Shown: positions 55,704 to 64,000 of the stretch, one piece after another | How positions within the stretch are numbered: position 1 is the stretch's first letter | Layout of the letters: every line of letters starts with the position of its first letter | Made by a program: the position numbers and the translations under genes | From: Bacteroidales bacterium | GTDB taxonomy: Bacteria; Bacteroidota; Bacteroidia; Bacteroidales; UBA3824 | Length of the DNA stretch: 64,000 bases | Assembly: GCA_017535325.1 (NCBI GenBank) | Contig: JAFXUC010000045.1 | Location: 3,169-67,168 of the forward strand | Reading direction: 5' to 3' | Notes under the pieces: model-generated | The model's input: the letters and a program-made list of their open reading frames with translations, nothing else | What the model was told of the DNA's origin: nothing | Databases searched by the model: none

Positions 55704-58163
55704 TTACATTCCTTTTACCTCGTAAATTTTCCCTTTAACAGTCTGTAAATCATATTCGTACACTTTTTTTAGTGCAGGAACGAGACTTTCCTTGTTTTCG
55801 GGAGAAATTTCGGGCTTTTTGATTTCCGGGGCTTGAAGAAACGGATTTTTTACTTCGCCTTTTGCAGGTTTCAAACCTTTGCCTTTGAGCGGAAAATAAC
55901 TTCTGAGCCTTATAACGCCGCCGTTTTCAGAAGTGATTTTTGCCGACGAAAGTTTGCCGTCTGCCCACTTGATGTCTACTACAAAGCCTCCGCGTGCTTT
56001 CAAGCCCGACACTTCGCCCTCGTTCCAAACCTTCGGCAAGGCGGGCAGAAGATGTACCGCTCCGTCATGACTCTGCAAAAGCATTTCCATAATGCCTGCC
56101 GACGAGCCGAAATTGCCGTCAATCTGAAAAGGCGGGTGAGCGTCAAAAAGGTTCGGATACGTTCTGCCGTCAGCGAACTCCCTCGGAGCACCAAAGCCTG
56201 AAAATTCTGCGGGAAGAAGTTTCAACATATTGGAAATGATTTTAAAAGCATGGTCGCCGTCCAACATTCTCGCCCAAAAGTTTATTTTCCAGCCGAGAGA
56301 CCAGCCCGTCGCCATGTCGCCCCTCTGTTTCAAAGTGTTGGCGGCGGCGCAGAAAAGTTCCGGATTGGTGTACGGCGAAATCTGATTCGAGGGGAACAAA
56401 CCGTAAAGATGCGAGATGTGTCTGTGCTCGTCTTTCGGGTCGTCGGAGTCTGAAAGCCATTCTTGAAGTTGACCGTAACGCCCTATTCTCATTGCAGGAA
56501 GTTTTTTGATCATGTTTTGAAGTTTTTCAACGTACTGACTGTCAGAAATTTTCAAAATCTCCATTGCCTTTAACGTTGAAGTCAAAACATCAAAAACTAT
56601 TTGATTGTCCATAGTTGTGCCTGCCGTAACGGGTGTTGACTTGCCGAGAGGTCCGTGTTCCGGCGAAACTGACGGCACAATAACAAGACAGTTGTAACGA
56701 GGGTCGTTTTGCAAGAAATCCGCAAGAAAATCCGCAGAGCCTTTAAGAACGGGAAAATTCTTTCTTAAAAATTCAACGTCGCCCGTAAACAAAAAGTGCT
56801 GCCAGATATGCGTCGCAAGCCAAGGTCCTCCCGTCGGGAAAAGTCCCCAGAAAACGCCGTCCACAGGCCCTGAAATTCTCCACAAATCGGTGTTGTGATG
56901 GGCAGTCCAGCCGCTGCAACCGTAAAGTGAAGTGGCAGCCTCTTTTCCGCTTATGCTCAAATCGTTAACCATGTCGATTAAAGGCATTTCACATTCCGAA
57001 AGGTTGCCGAGGTTTGCAGGCCAGTAATTCATTTCTGCGTTGATGTTGATGGTGTATTTTGAATCCCATGCGGGGGTTGTGCTGTTGTTCCAGATACCTT
57101 GCAAGTTGGCAGGCTGACCGCCCGGCTGCGACGACGAAATCAAAAGATAACGTCCGTATTGCATCATCAGCGAAACCATGTCGTAATCCTTTGATTTTGA
57201 AAAGTTTGCAAGACGTTTATCAGTTTCGTTTTCAGAATTGCCGTCTTTGGGGAGAACAAGTTTTACTCTGTTGTACTGCTCCTGATATTTTTTGATATGC
57301 TGCGCTAAAACTTCGTCGTAAGTTTTTGATTTTACGGAATTTAACGCCGCCTCGTTGAGCGCAGACGGATTTTCTGAAATATCATGGTAATTTTTGAAAT
57401 TTGTCGCCGCCGTAATGTAAACAACGGCTTCTGTGGCGTTTTTGACAGTCAGAGTACTGTCGGAGTCTGCAAGGACTTCGCCGTCAGAATTTATGACAAC
57501 TTTCATTTCGGCGGTGAGTTTGCCGTCTACGCCCTCCTGACTTTTATTTTTTATCGTGGCGGTCAAAACGTTCTGATTTGCAGTATGTTTTGACGGCAAA
57601 ACAGAGGTGTGCGAAAGTCTGAATCCAAGTGCGCCTTTTTTGTCAGCCTTGATTTTCATTGCGATGACTTTTTCACTCTGAGACGCAAAAACCGTCCGCT
57701 CAAAATTAACGCCGTTAAACGTATAAGCCGTTGTGTTTAACGCTGTTGACAAGTCCAATTCGCGGCGGTAGTTTTTTGGGGCTGAATGTCCGAAGTCAAG
57801 AAAAACGCTGCCGAGAGTCAGGTAACTCATGCCGTGCGGTCCTGTGATAAAATGTCTTTCCAAAAGTTGGTGCGCCTCCTGCTCCTTGCCTTCAAAAATA
57901 AGTTTACGCGCCTCTTCAAGACAGCCGAGAGCGTGTTTTGAAACGTTCTGATGCGGCGAACCCGCCCAAAATGTCTCCTCGTTGAGTTGGATTTCCTCTT
58001 TCGGTGCGCCGCCGTAAACCATTGCGCCGAGTTTTGAATTGCCGAGAGGAAGTGCTTCAAGCCACTTTTCGGCGGGCTTGGAATACCAAAGTTTGTGCTC
58101 TTGGGCGTTAACCGTCAAAAACACACAAATCGAAAAAAGTAAAGCAATTGTTTTTTTCATCAT
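55704..58163 (-). CDS. glycoside hydrolase family 95 (alpha-L-fucosidase-like)
   Basis: Signal peptide, then [24 protein letters not shown]...[12 protein letters not shown], the typical GH95 N-terminus, about 819 aa. Confidence 0.8.
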   Translation of the reverse strand: MMKKTIALLFSICVFLTVNAQEHKLWYSKPAEKWLEALPLGNSKLGAMVYGGAPKEEIQLNEETFWAGSPHQNVSKHALGCLEEARKLIFEGKEQEAHQLLERHFITGPHGMSYLTLGSVFLDFGHSAPKNYRRELDLSTALNTTAYTFNGVNFERTVFASQSEKVIAMKIKADKKGALGFRLSHTSVLPSKHTANQNVLTATIKNKSQEGVDGKLTAEMKVVINSDGEVLADSDSTLTVKNATEAVVYITAATNFKNYHDISENPSALNEAALNSVKSKTYDEVLAQHIKKYQEQYNRVKLVLPKDGNSENETDKRLANFSKSKDYDMVSLMMQYGRYLLISSSQPGGQPANLQGIWNNSTTPAWDSKYTININAEMNYWPANLGNLSECEMPLIDMVNDLSISGKEAATSLYGCSGWTAHHNTDLWRISGPVDGVFWGLFPTGGPWLATHIWQHFLFTGDVEFLRKNFPVLKGSADFLADFLQNDPRYNCLVIVPSVSPEHGPLGKSTPVTAGTTMDNQIVFDVLTSTLKAMEILKISDSQYVEKLQNMIKKLPAMRIGRYGQLQEWLSDSDDPKDEHRHISHLYGLFPSNQISPYTNPELFCAAANTLKQRGDMATGWSLGWKINFWARMLDGDHAFKIISNMLKLLPAEFSGFGAPREFADGRTYPNLFDAHPPFQIDGNFGSSAGIMEMLLQSHDGAVHLLPALPKVWNEGEVSGLKARGGFVVDIKWADGKLSSAKITSENGGVIRLRSYFPLKGKGLKPAKGEVKNPFLQAPEIKKPEISPENKESLVPALKKVYEYDLQTVKGKIYEVKGM

Positions 58164-58218
58164 TATAAAGGTGTAAAAAAGTTTTGTGCAAAAGTAATTA
58201 AATTTCGGGAATTTTATT

Positions 58219-58226
58219 TACCTTTG
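58219..58226 (+). promoter_or_regulatory. -7 box TACCTTTG upstream of rseP
   Basis: Exact TAnnTTTG match 41 nt before the ATG at 58267. Confidence 0.5.
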
Positions 58227-58266
58227 CAGTTTGAAAAAATACATTTTAAACGAAATTTTATAAAAA

Positions 58267-59589
58267 ATGGAAATAGCCGTAAGGATAGCGCAACTTTTGG
58301 TAAGCCTTTCATTGTTGATTGTCTGCCACGAGTTAGGACACTTTATAGCAGCAAAATTATTTAAAACAAGGGTAGAAAAATTTTATTTGTTTTTTGACCC
58401 GTGGTTTTCGCTCTTTAAATTTAAAAAAGGCGAAACCGAATACGGAATCGGCTGGCTGCCATTAGGCGGTTACGTAAAAATAGCCGGTATGGTTGACGAA
58501 AGTCTTGACACTCAAAATCTTAAAAGCGACCCCGAACCGTGGGAGTTTCGTGCAAAACCTGCTTGGCAAAGGCTCATTGTAATGTTAGCGGGCGTTTTTG
58601 TGAACTTTGTTTTAGCAATGTTTATCTATGCGATGGTTGCTTTCAGTTGGGGTTCGCAGTATCTTCCGACCGAAAATATCAAATACGGAATTGCGGTTGA
58701 CAGTCTTGGCGAAAAAATCGGTCTCAGAAACGGCGATATGATAAAACTCGTTAACGGCGAAAAATGCGAAGACTACAACAAAGTTCTTATGACGCTTCTT
58801 CTCAACGATCCTAAAACGTTGACAATCAATCGTCAAGGCAAAGACACCACGATTGAGTTCTCTGACGAAAAAATTGCCTTGATTTTGAATGCAGAATCGG
58901 CTTTTATGTCGCCGAGATTTCCTTTTCAAGTGGAGGGCTTTGCTGAAAATTCACCGGCTCAACTTGCTGGTTTTCAAAAAGATGACAAGGTTATTGCTTT
59001 TAACGGCGAAAAATGTCAGTTTTTTGACGAAGTGAAAAAGCAACTCAAAGCAAACGCCGGCAAAAAAGCAGTGTTTACGGTTTTAAGAGGTTCTCAAACA
59101 GAGTCAATCTCGATGACTATTCCCGACGACGGACTTATAAAAGTGATGACCAAAGGTCCGGCAGAGTTCTTTGAGTTTCAGACTATTGAGTACGGTTTTT
59201 TTGAATCGTTCCCAATTGGAATCAAGCGTGGCTTTGAAAAAACGGGCGAATACTTAAAACAATTCAAACTGATTTTCAACCCTGACACTCAGGCCTATAA
59301 AAGCGTCGGAAGTTTTATTTCGATGACGAAGATTTTTCCGGGCGTATGGGATTGGTATGCGTTTTGGAATTTGACGGCATTGTTTTCGATAATGTTAGGC
59401 GTTTTGAACGTTTTTCCGATTCCGGGTCTTGACGGCGGACACGCTTTGTTCACGCTCGTAGAAATGATTACAGGCAAACAGCCTTCGTTGAAATTTCAGG
59501 AGACGGCTCAAAAAATCGGCATGATTATCTTGCTTGCAATTATGGTTTTCGCCATCGGAAACGATTTTATAAGACACGTGTTTAATTAA
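58267..59589 (+). CDS. rseP: RIP metalloprotease RseP (site-2 protease)
   Basis: HELGHF zinc motif in TM1, PDZ-like middle region, C-terminal NVFPIPGLDGGH motif. Confidence 0.85.
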   Translation: MEIAVRIAQLLVSLSLLIVCHELGHFIAAKLFKTRVEKFYLFFDPWFSLFKFKKGETEYGIGWLPLGGYVKIAGMVDESLDTQNLKSDPEPWEFRAKPAWQRLIVMLAGVFVNFVLAMFIYAMVAFSWGSQYLPTENIKYGIAVDSLGEKIGLRNGDMIKLVNGEKCEDYNKVLMTLLLNDPKTLTINRQGKDTTIEFSDEKIALILNAESAFMSPRFPFQVEGFAENSPAQLAGFQKDDKVIAFNGEKCQFFDEVKKQLKANAGKKAVFTVLRGSQTESISMTIPDDGLIKVMTKGPAEFFEFQTIEYGFFESFPIGIKRGFEKTGEYLKQFKLIFNPDTQAYKSVGSFISMTKIFPGVWDWYAFWNLTALFSIMLGVLNVFPIPGLDGGHALFTLVEMITGKQPSLKFQETAQKIGMIILLAIMVFAIGNDFIRHVFN

Positions 59590-59607
59590 TTAGAAAAAGG
59601 AAAGACT

Positions 59608-60612
59608 ATGAATACAAATACGTTAAAACTTTTTTCGATATTATTTCTTATATTTTTTGTTTTGTCATCGTGCAAAGACAGCGGAATGTTGTCCATTATG
59701 CCGCAAAGCACAGGCAAATGTGGCGAAGTTGTCGTTGTTATGAAAGAAAATTCTTGGAAAGGTGAAATCGGCGATACCGTATCTTCTTGGCTAAGACAAG
59801 AAGTTCTGATTCTGCCGCAATATGAACCCACACTTAAAGTAATCTACGTTAAGCCTCAGGCTTACAAGAAGATATTTCAAACAACAAGGAACGTAATATT
59901 TACCGACATAAATCCCGAAAACAAAAAAACGGAAATAAAAATCGAAACCGACAGATACGCCGCTCCGCAACTCTACGTTACAATAAAAGCGGCATCGGAC
60001 AGCGCGTTTCTTAACACTTGGTACAAAATCGAACAATACATACTCGATACTATCGTAAAAGCGGAGCAGGCGCGGCTACTCGGCAGTTTCAGCCGCACGC
60101 ATAACATTTATGTAGAAGAAGACCTCAATAAAAAGCATGGTGTTAATATGTTGATTCCATCAGCGGGTTTCAACAAGGACGTTGACTCAACGCATTTTGT
60201 CTGGATTAGCAAAGAAACCTCTGAAACAAGTCAAGGGCTGCTGCTTTTTGATTTTGAGTACAACGGACCGAAAGATTTTGATTTGCAAAACATGATTCGC
60301 CGTATGGACAGCGTTTTGTGCCTTAACGTCCCCGGACCGGCGCAAGGCTCGTATATGGCTGTCGAAAAAAGAGTGCCGCCGATGAAAAAAGAATTTTCAA
60401 GAGACGGAAATTACGTTTGCGAGTTGCGCGGACTTTGGGAAACCGAAGGAGATTTTATGGGAGGGCCTTTTGTGTCACAGTCTGTCGTTGACACTATCAA
60501 CAACAGGCTCGTAACGGTTTTTGCATACGTCTATGGCGGTAAAAAAGACAAAAAAATAATGTTATGGCAATTAGAAGCCTTATTGTCAACTTTCAACGTA
60601 AAAAATGAGTAA
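59608..60612 (+). CDS. hypothetical lipoprotein (possibly DUF4837-like)
   Basis: Lipobox FFVLSSC, about 334 aa. The family assignment is from memory only. Confidence 0.5.
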   Translation: MNTNTLKLFSILFLIFFVLSSCKDSGMLSIMPQSTGKCGEVVVVMKENSWKGEIGDTVSSWLRQEVLILPQYEPTLKVIYVKPQAYKKIFQTTRNVIFTDINPENKKTEIKIETDRYAAPQLYVTIKAASDSAFLNTWYKIEQYILDTIVKAEQARLLGSFSRTHNIYVEEDLNKKHGVNMLIPSAGFNKDVDSTHFVWISKETSETSQGLLLFDFEYNGPKDFDLQNMIRRMDSVLCLNVPGPAQGSYMAVEKRVPPMKKEFSRDGNYVCELRGLWETEGDFMGGPFVSQSVVDTINNRLVTVFAYVYGGKKDKKIMLWQLEALLSTFNVKNE

Positions 60613-61051
60613 AATCCGGCTAACAAAAAAATTTTCTTTCGAGGCGGCGCACTGCCTTGAAAACTACGACGGCAAATGTAGCCGTCTTCACGGGCATAGT
60701 TACAAGTTTTTTGTAACGGTTATCGGCGAGCCTGAAACAGACTTTTTGTCCCCGAAACTCGGAATGGTGATGGATTTCGGACTTTTAAAACGGATTGTAA
60801 ACGAAGAAATTGTCGAAAAGTTTGACCATTCGGTTGTCGTCAGCGAAAAGTCAGAATATGTTTTTGACGAAAAACAGCCGATGTTTTCCAACGTCATAAG
60901 GTTTCCTTATCAGCCGACGTGCGAGAATATGCTTATATATTTCGCAGAAAAAATAAAAAAACGCCTGCCCGAAAACGTTGAACTTGCCGAACTCAAACTC
61001 TACGAAACGGAAGATTCTTTCGCACAATGGCTGGCAGAGGATAATGTTTAA
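60605..61051 (+). CDS. queD: 6-carboxy-5,6,7,8-tetrahydropterin synthase
   Basis: FSFEAAHCL....KCSRLHGHSY motif of the QueD/PTPS family, about 148 aa. Confidence 0.9.
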   Translation: MSKIRLTKKFSFEAAHCLENYDGKCSRLHGHSYKFFVTVIGEPETDFLSPKLGMVMDFGLLKRIVNEEIVEKFDHSVVVSEKSEYVFDEKQPMFSNVIRFPYQPTCENMLIYFAEKIKKRLPENVELAELKLYETEDSFAQWLAEDNV

Positions 61052-62592
61052 TTGTTTTTCTTGCGTTTTTTGTCAATTCTGGTGCGGTAAGTCGCAAGAG
61101 AATTTACGTTGACAACAAGACGGTCGGCAATAAGTCTGTCGGGAATGTTCATATTCTTTTGCAGCATATAAATAATTTGAAGCGGAGACAATTCTTCGTA
61201 TTCCTCATTGAGTTGCGCTAAAAAAGGACCGTATTCCAACCGGCAGTAATTTATATATTCTATTAAATCAGCGTTTTTCCATGTACCGAAATTTCCGCCG
61301 TTTTCTATCCGCTCATACAATTCTTTGCCGCGCTTGAAAGGCTGCATATATTTTTCAAGCAGTTTTTGAAGTTCCAAATCGTTGCCGTTTTCTTTTATTT
61401 TGATTCGCAAATCCTCAATAATCATTCTGTGTTCTGCAAGTTTTTTGTCTTTCCTGATTTTTTGTAACTGCATATAAATCCAAGCAATAACAGGCAAAAA
61501 CAAAATCACAATACCTGTTACCGAAATTATAAAAATCTTCAAATGCCAAATTTCGTTCTCTTTTTGTACTTCTGCAAGATGCTGTAATTCAATGGTTTTG
61601 TCATTTAAGAAATCATTATTCAAAGAATCTTTTGCCGTAACCAAGTCTGACATAAATTTATAAACCGATTTTGCATCGTTGTTTCTTAAAGCGATTTTTG
61701 AGAGTTTTTCAAAAAGACTGATTTTGACATCGGGAACATCACTTTCTGAAACGATGTCAACCATTTTTGCCGCATTTAAAGTGTCGCCTTGATTTAGATA
61801 TATTTCCGCCAACGCCGCGCAAGTCTGAGGAAGTGTAGAACATTCCAACGCCTTTTTGTAATAAGCAAACGATTTATTGATGTCGCTGTCAAAATAAACA
61901 TCGCCCAAACAATTATAAAAGTACGATTTATGCTCGTCTACATCTATCTTGTCCAATAAGGGGATTAATTTTGAAGCAAAAATACGCATACTGTCTTTAT
62001 TGTTTAATTCTTTATAGACGAGAGCAATATTTAAATAACTATATGCCAAATATTTATCAGAATTTATAAGTTTAGCGTATTCATTTTCTTTTTTTGCGTA
62101 TAAAAGAGCCATTTTGTGTTCCCGTGCCTCTGCGTTGTAATAAAAAAGTTTCATATAAACTTTATGAAGTAAAAAATTATCTTTCAACTTCTTAGCAAGA
62201 TATTCCGCTTCTTTCATAAAAAATATCGCATTTTCATAATCTTCAAGGTCATACAAAATATCCGCTTTATAAAAATAAGAATCGGCGAGTTTGTAATCGT
62301 CGCCGTTTTTCTTGAAATAATTAACGGCTATATCTATCAGGGAACAATTTTCGATTTCTTTGTACTGACTATAAACTATTCTTGTTTTTATCAAAGCATA
62401 ATAAGCGTTTTCATAATCAGTTTTTTGTTTGCTTTCTATGCTCGAAATCACCGTTTCAGCCGCATCAATCTGCTCGTTACGCAAAAGAGTGTCTGCTATT
62501 ATCAACTTACTTGTAACATCAGAATAATTTTCTCTGCATGACAACAATGCGCAAGACAAACAAAAAAATAATATAATAGTAATAAGTTTCAT
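61048..62592 (-). CDS. membrane-spanning TPR / TM / C-terminal HTH regulator (paralog 3)
   Basis: Lipobox-like CALLSC, TPR-like repeats, TM helix IFIISVTGIVILFLPVIAWIYM, C-terminus PDRLIADRLVVNVNSLATYRTRIDKKRKK. Start set at MKLITII. Confidence 0.65.
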   Translation of the reverse strand: MKLITIILFFCLSCALLSCRENYSDVTSKLIIADTLLRNEQIDAAETVISSIESKQKTDYENAYYALIKTRIVYSQYKEIENCSLIDIAVNYFKKNGDDYKLADSYFYKADILYDLEDYENAIFFMKEAEYLAKKLKDNFLLHKVYMKLFYYNAEAREHKMALLYAKKENEYAKLINSDKYLAYSYLNIALVYKELNNKDSMRIFASKLIPLLDKIDVDEHKSYFYNCLGDVYFDSDINKSFAYYKKALECSTLPQTCAALAEIYLNQGDTLNAAKMVDIVSESDVPDVKISLFEKLSKIALRNNDAKSVYKFMSDLVTAKDSLNNDFLNDKTIELQHLAEVQKENEIWHLKIFIISVTGIVILFLPVIAWIYMQLQKIRKDKKLAEHRMIIEDLRIKIKENGNDLELQKLLEKYMQPFKRGKELYERIENGGNFGTWKNADLIEYINYCRLEYGPFLAQLNEEYEELSPLQIIYMLQKNMNIPDRLIADRLVVNVNSLATYRTRIDKKRKKNN

Positions 62593-62803
62593 AGTTTTTT
62601 TAATTTTTCTACAAAAATAACAAATAACAGACAAAAATACAAATGATAAACAGATGAAGAATTAATACTAAACAATACATTTTTACAAGTATGACAGCAG
62701 TGTAATTGTAGTTTACAGATATGTAAAATATTTTATTCAATTAATTACAGCAGACGTAAAGTTTACATATAATTTTTCCATTGCACAGACAAAAAAAGCC
62801 CAA

Positions 62804-62811
62804 TAATTTTG
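62804..62811 (+). promoter_or_regulatory. -7 box TAATTTTG upstream of small secreted protein paralog 3
   Basis: Exact TAnnTTTG match 35 nt before the ATG at 62846. Confidence 0.45.
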
Positions 62812-62845
62812 CACCAACAAATTTAATTTATAATAAAGGCAGAAA

Positions 62846-63235
62846 ATGAGATTAAACAAAATTGCAGCCGTATTAACGGCAACGGTATTTATTGGATGCG
62901 GATTTTCCGCACAGGCACAGACACATGGTATTAGGAGAAAGCATCATCAAAATTGGCCAAATATAAAACCGTCACATTGTATTAGACCAGTTAAAAATAC
63001 TACTTACAGTGTCTCATATAACAGTGCTACAACTAATTTAACGGTGGATTTTAGAGAAAATTCATCAACTTATCAAGTTGAGGTGTTCCGTAATGGCTCC
63101 AAAGTGGCGGGCATGAGCGCGAGCGGCAACACGACATTCAGTTGCACACTCAAAAACTATGGCATAGGAAATTATGATGTGATAATTTCAAGCGGCGGCA
63201 CGGTAATTAGTTCAAAAAACTATATAGTTAAGTAA
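62846..63235 (+). CDS. small secreted Ig-like protein (DUF3244-like), paralog 3
   Basis: Signal peptide, then VSYNSATTNLTVDF..YQVEVFRNGSKVAGM..TTFSCTLKNYGIGNYDVIIS. Confidence 0.65.
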   Translation: MRLNKIAAVLTATVFIGCGFSAQAQTHGIRRKHHQNWPNIKPSHCIRPVKNTTYSVSYNSATTNLTVDFRENSSTYQVEVFRNGSKVAGMSASGNTTFSCTLKNYGIGNYDVIISSGGTVISSKNYIVK

Positions 63236-63289
63236 AATATTTATAATCAATTATTTTATAATAAAAATTTAAAGCAAATATTCAATAAA

Positions 63290-64000
63290 ATGACGAAAAA
63301 AATCATGAGTATTGCAGCAGCGGCATTGATGTTTGCCGCCTGCAATGAACCGCTTAACGAAGCGGCAGAAGTAGAGATGGATTCACTTAATAGTGAAGTA
63401 TCTGTAAAACAAACAGAAGATGAAGTTTCAGAAAAAGATGTACAATTTAGAAAATTCTCTGAAATTTTATCAAAGGCGGTTTCACAAAACAAGTCAGTAA
63501 GAGAGTTCTTAAAAGAAAAAGCACTTGAAAAAATTGACAATGACTATAACGTTTTTTATCCTATCGTAAGAAACGAAATGATTGACGGAAAAAGTTTTGA
63601 GTCAATTTTGTCGGAGTATGCCGGTAATGAGGAAGAAATGAAAAAAGTTTTTGATGTTCTTCCTTTGTTAAACATTCATATTCCTGAATTGGTAAAAAAG
63701 GTTGCCGATTTTGATACGGAAGATGACGAAATTCCCGTTCTTTACAATTATGAGATGTATTGTAATGGTCAAGTTGTAGATACATTGGGTACTGATGAAG
63801 TTCCGGGATTTGATGTATTGGTTGTAACTGAAAGTACCAATATTCGTAAAAAAACAAATCTTTCAAAAATCGCGGAAAATTCTTTGTTTCACGGCGAGTA
63901 TGAATATGTAAGTAAAATTTATAATCCAGTTTATACGAAGAAAAAATTATCAAAAAATACGGAAGGTCATGAAAGTCATTATAAACCGTACCATGACAAT
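63290..64000 (+). CDS. hypothetical lipoprotein, 3'-truncated by the window edge
   Basis: ATG at 63290. MTKKIMSIAAAALMFAAC lipobox. The frame stays open for 237 codons to nt 64000. It is absent from the ORF track because no stop is reached. Confidence 0.6.
   Translation, partial: MTKKIMSIAAAALMFAACNEPLNEAAEVEMDSLNSEVSVKQTEDEVSEKDVQFRKFSEILSKAVSQNKSVREFLKEKALEKIDNDYNVFYPIVRNEMIDGKSFESILSEYAGNEEEMKKVFDVLPLLNIHIPELVKKVADFDTEDDEIPVLYNYEMYCNGQVVDTLGTDEVPGFDVLVVTESTNIRKKTNLSKIAENSLFHGEYEYVSKIYNPVYTKKKLSKNTEGHESHYKPYHDN

Noticed and set aside
63256-63953. Minus-strand ORFs 63256-63540 and 63561-63953.
   Set aside because: They are shadows of a plus-strand ORF that starts at 63290 with a clean lipoprotein signal and stays open to the window end.

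Overview
This 64-kb chromosomal segment reads as Bacteroidota, Bacteroidales-like. The evidence is TAnnTTTG -7 promoter boxes ahead of many genes, lipobox and T9SS C-terminal sorting signals, a CarboxypepD_reg-type TonB-dependent receptor, a GH95 enzyme and AT-rich intergenic DNA. The backbone is housekeeping: glutathione peroxidase, a giant CoA-activase fusion, proC, ribE, metG, polyprenyl synthase, ruvC, tRNA-Glu, rnr (frameshifted here), hflX, mlaEF-like genes, polA, gpmI, rseP and queD. Two accessory regions stand out. (A) 37.2-52.0 kb, minus strand, holds a tandem duplication of a tightly packed four-gene cassette. Each copy encodes a membrane-spanning STAND-like P-loop NTPase with an extracytoplasmic coiled coil and WD40-like propeller, an outer-membrane-barrel-like protein, a lipoprotein, and a membrane-anchored PP2C/SpoIIE phosphatase. 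The cytoplasmic NTPase halves of the two copies are nearly identical and the envelope-exposed parts are strongly diverged. I cannot match this composition to any characterised system, and it is my top candidate for a novel envelope-sensing signalling or defence module. (B) 24.8-34.2 kb is a repeat-rich island. It holds two of three paralogous divergent pairs, each a lipoprotein-TPR / TM / C-terminal LuxR-like HTH regulator facing a small secreted Ig-like protein followed by variable surface proteins. The third pair lies at 61.0-64.0 kb. The island also holds a Panacea (SocA/DUF4065)-like two-gene module bracketed by repeats that are adjacent at a paralogous 'empty' site, an Rpn-type PD-(D/E)XK nuclease gene, a ~60-bp palindrome-containing repeat in four copies, and a decayed OMP gene. 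All calls rest on reading the translations and the DNA by eye; no database search was possible.
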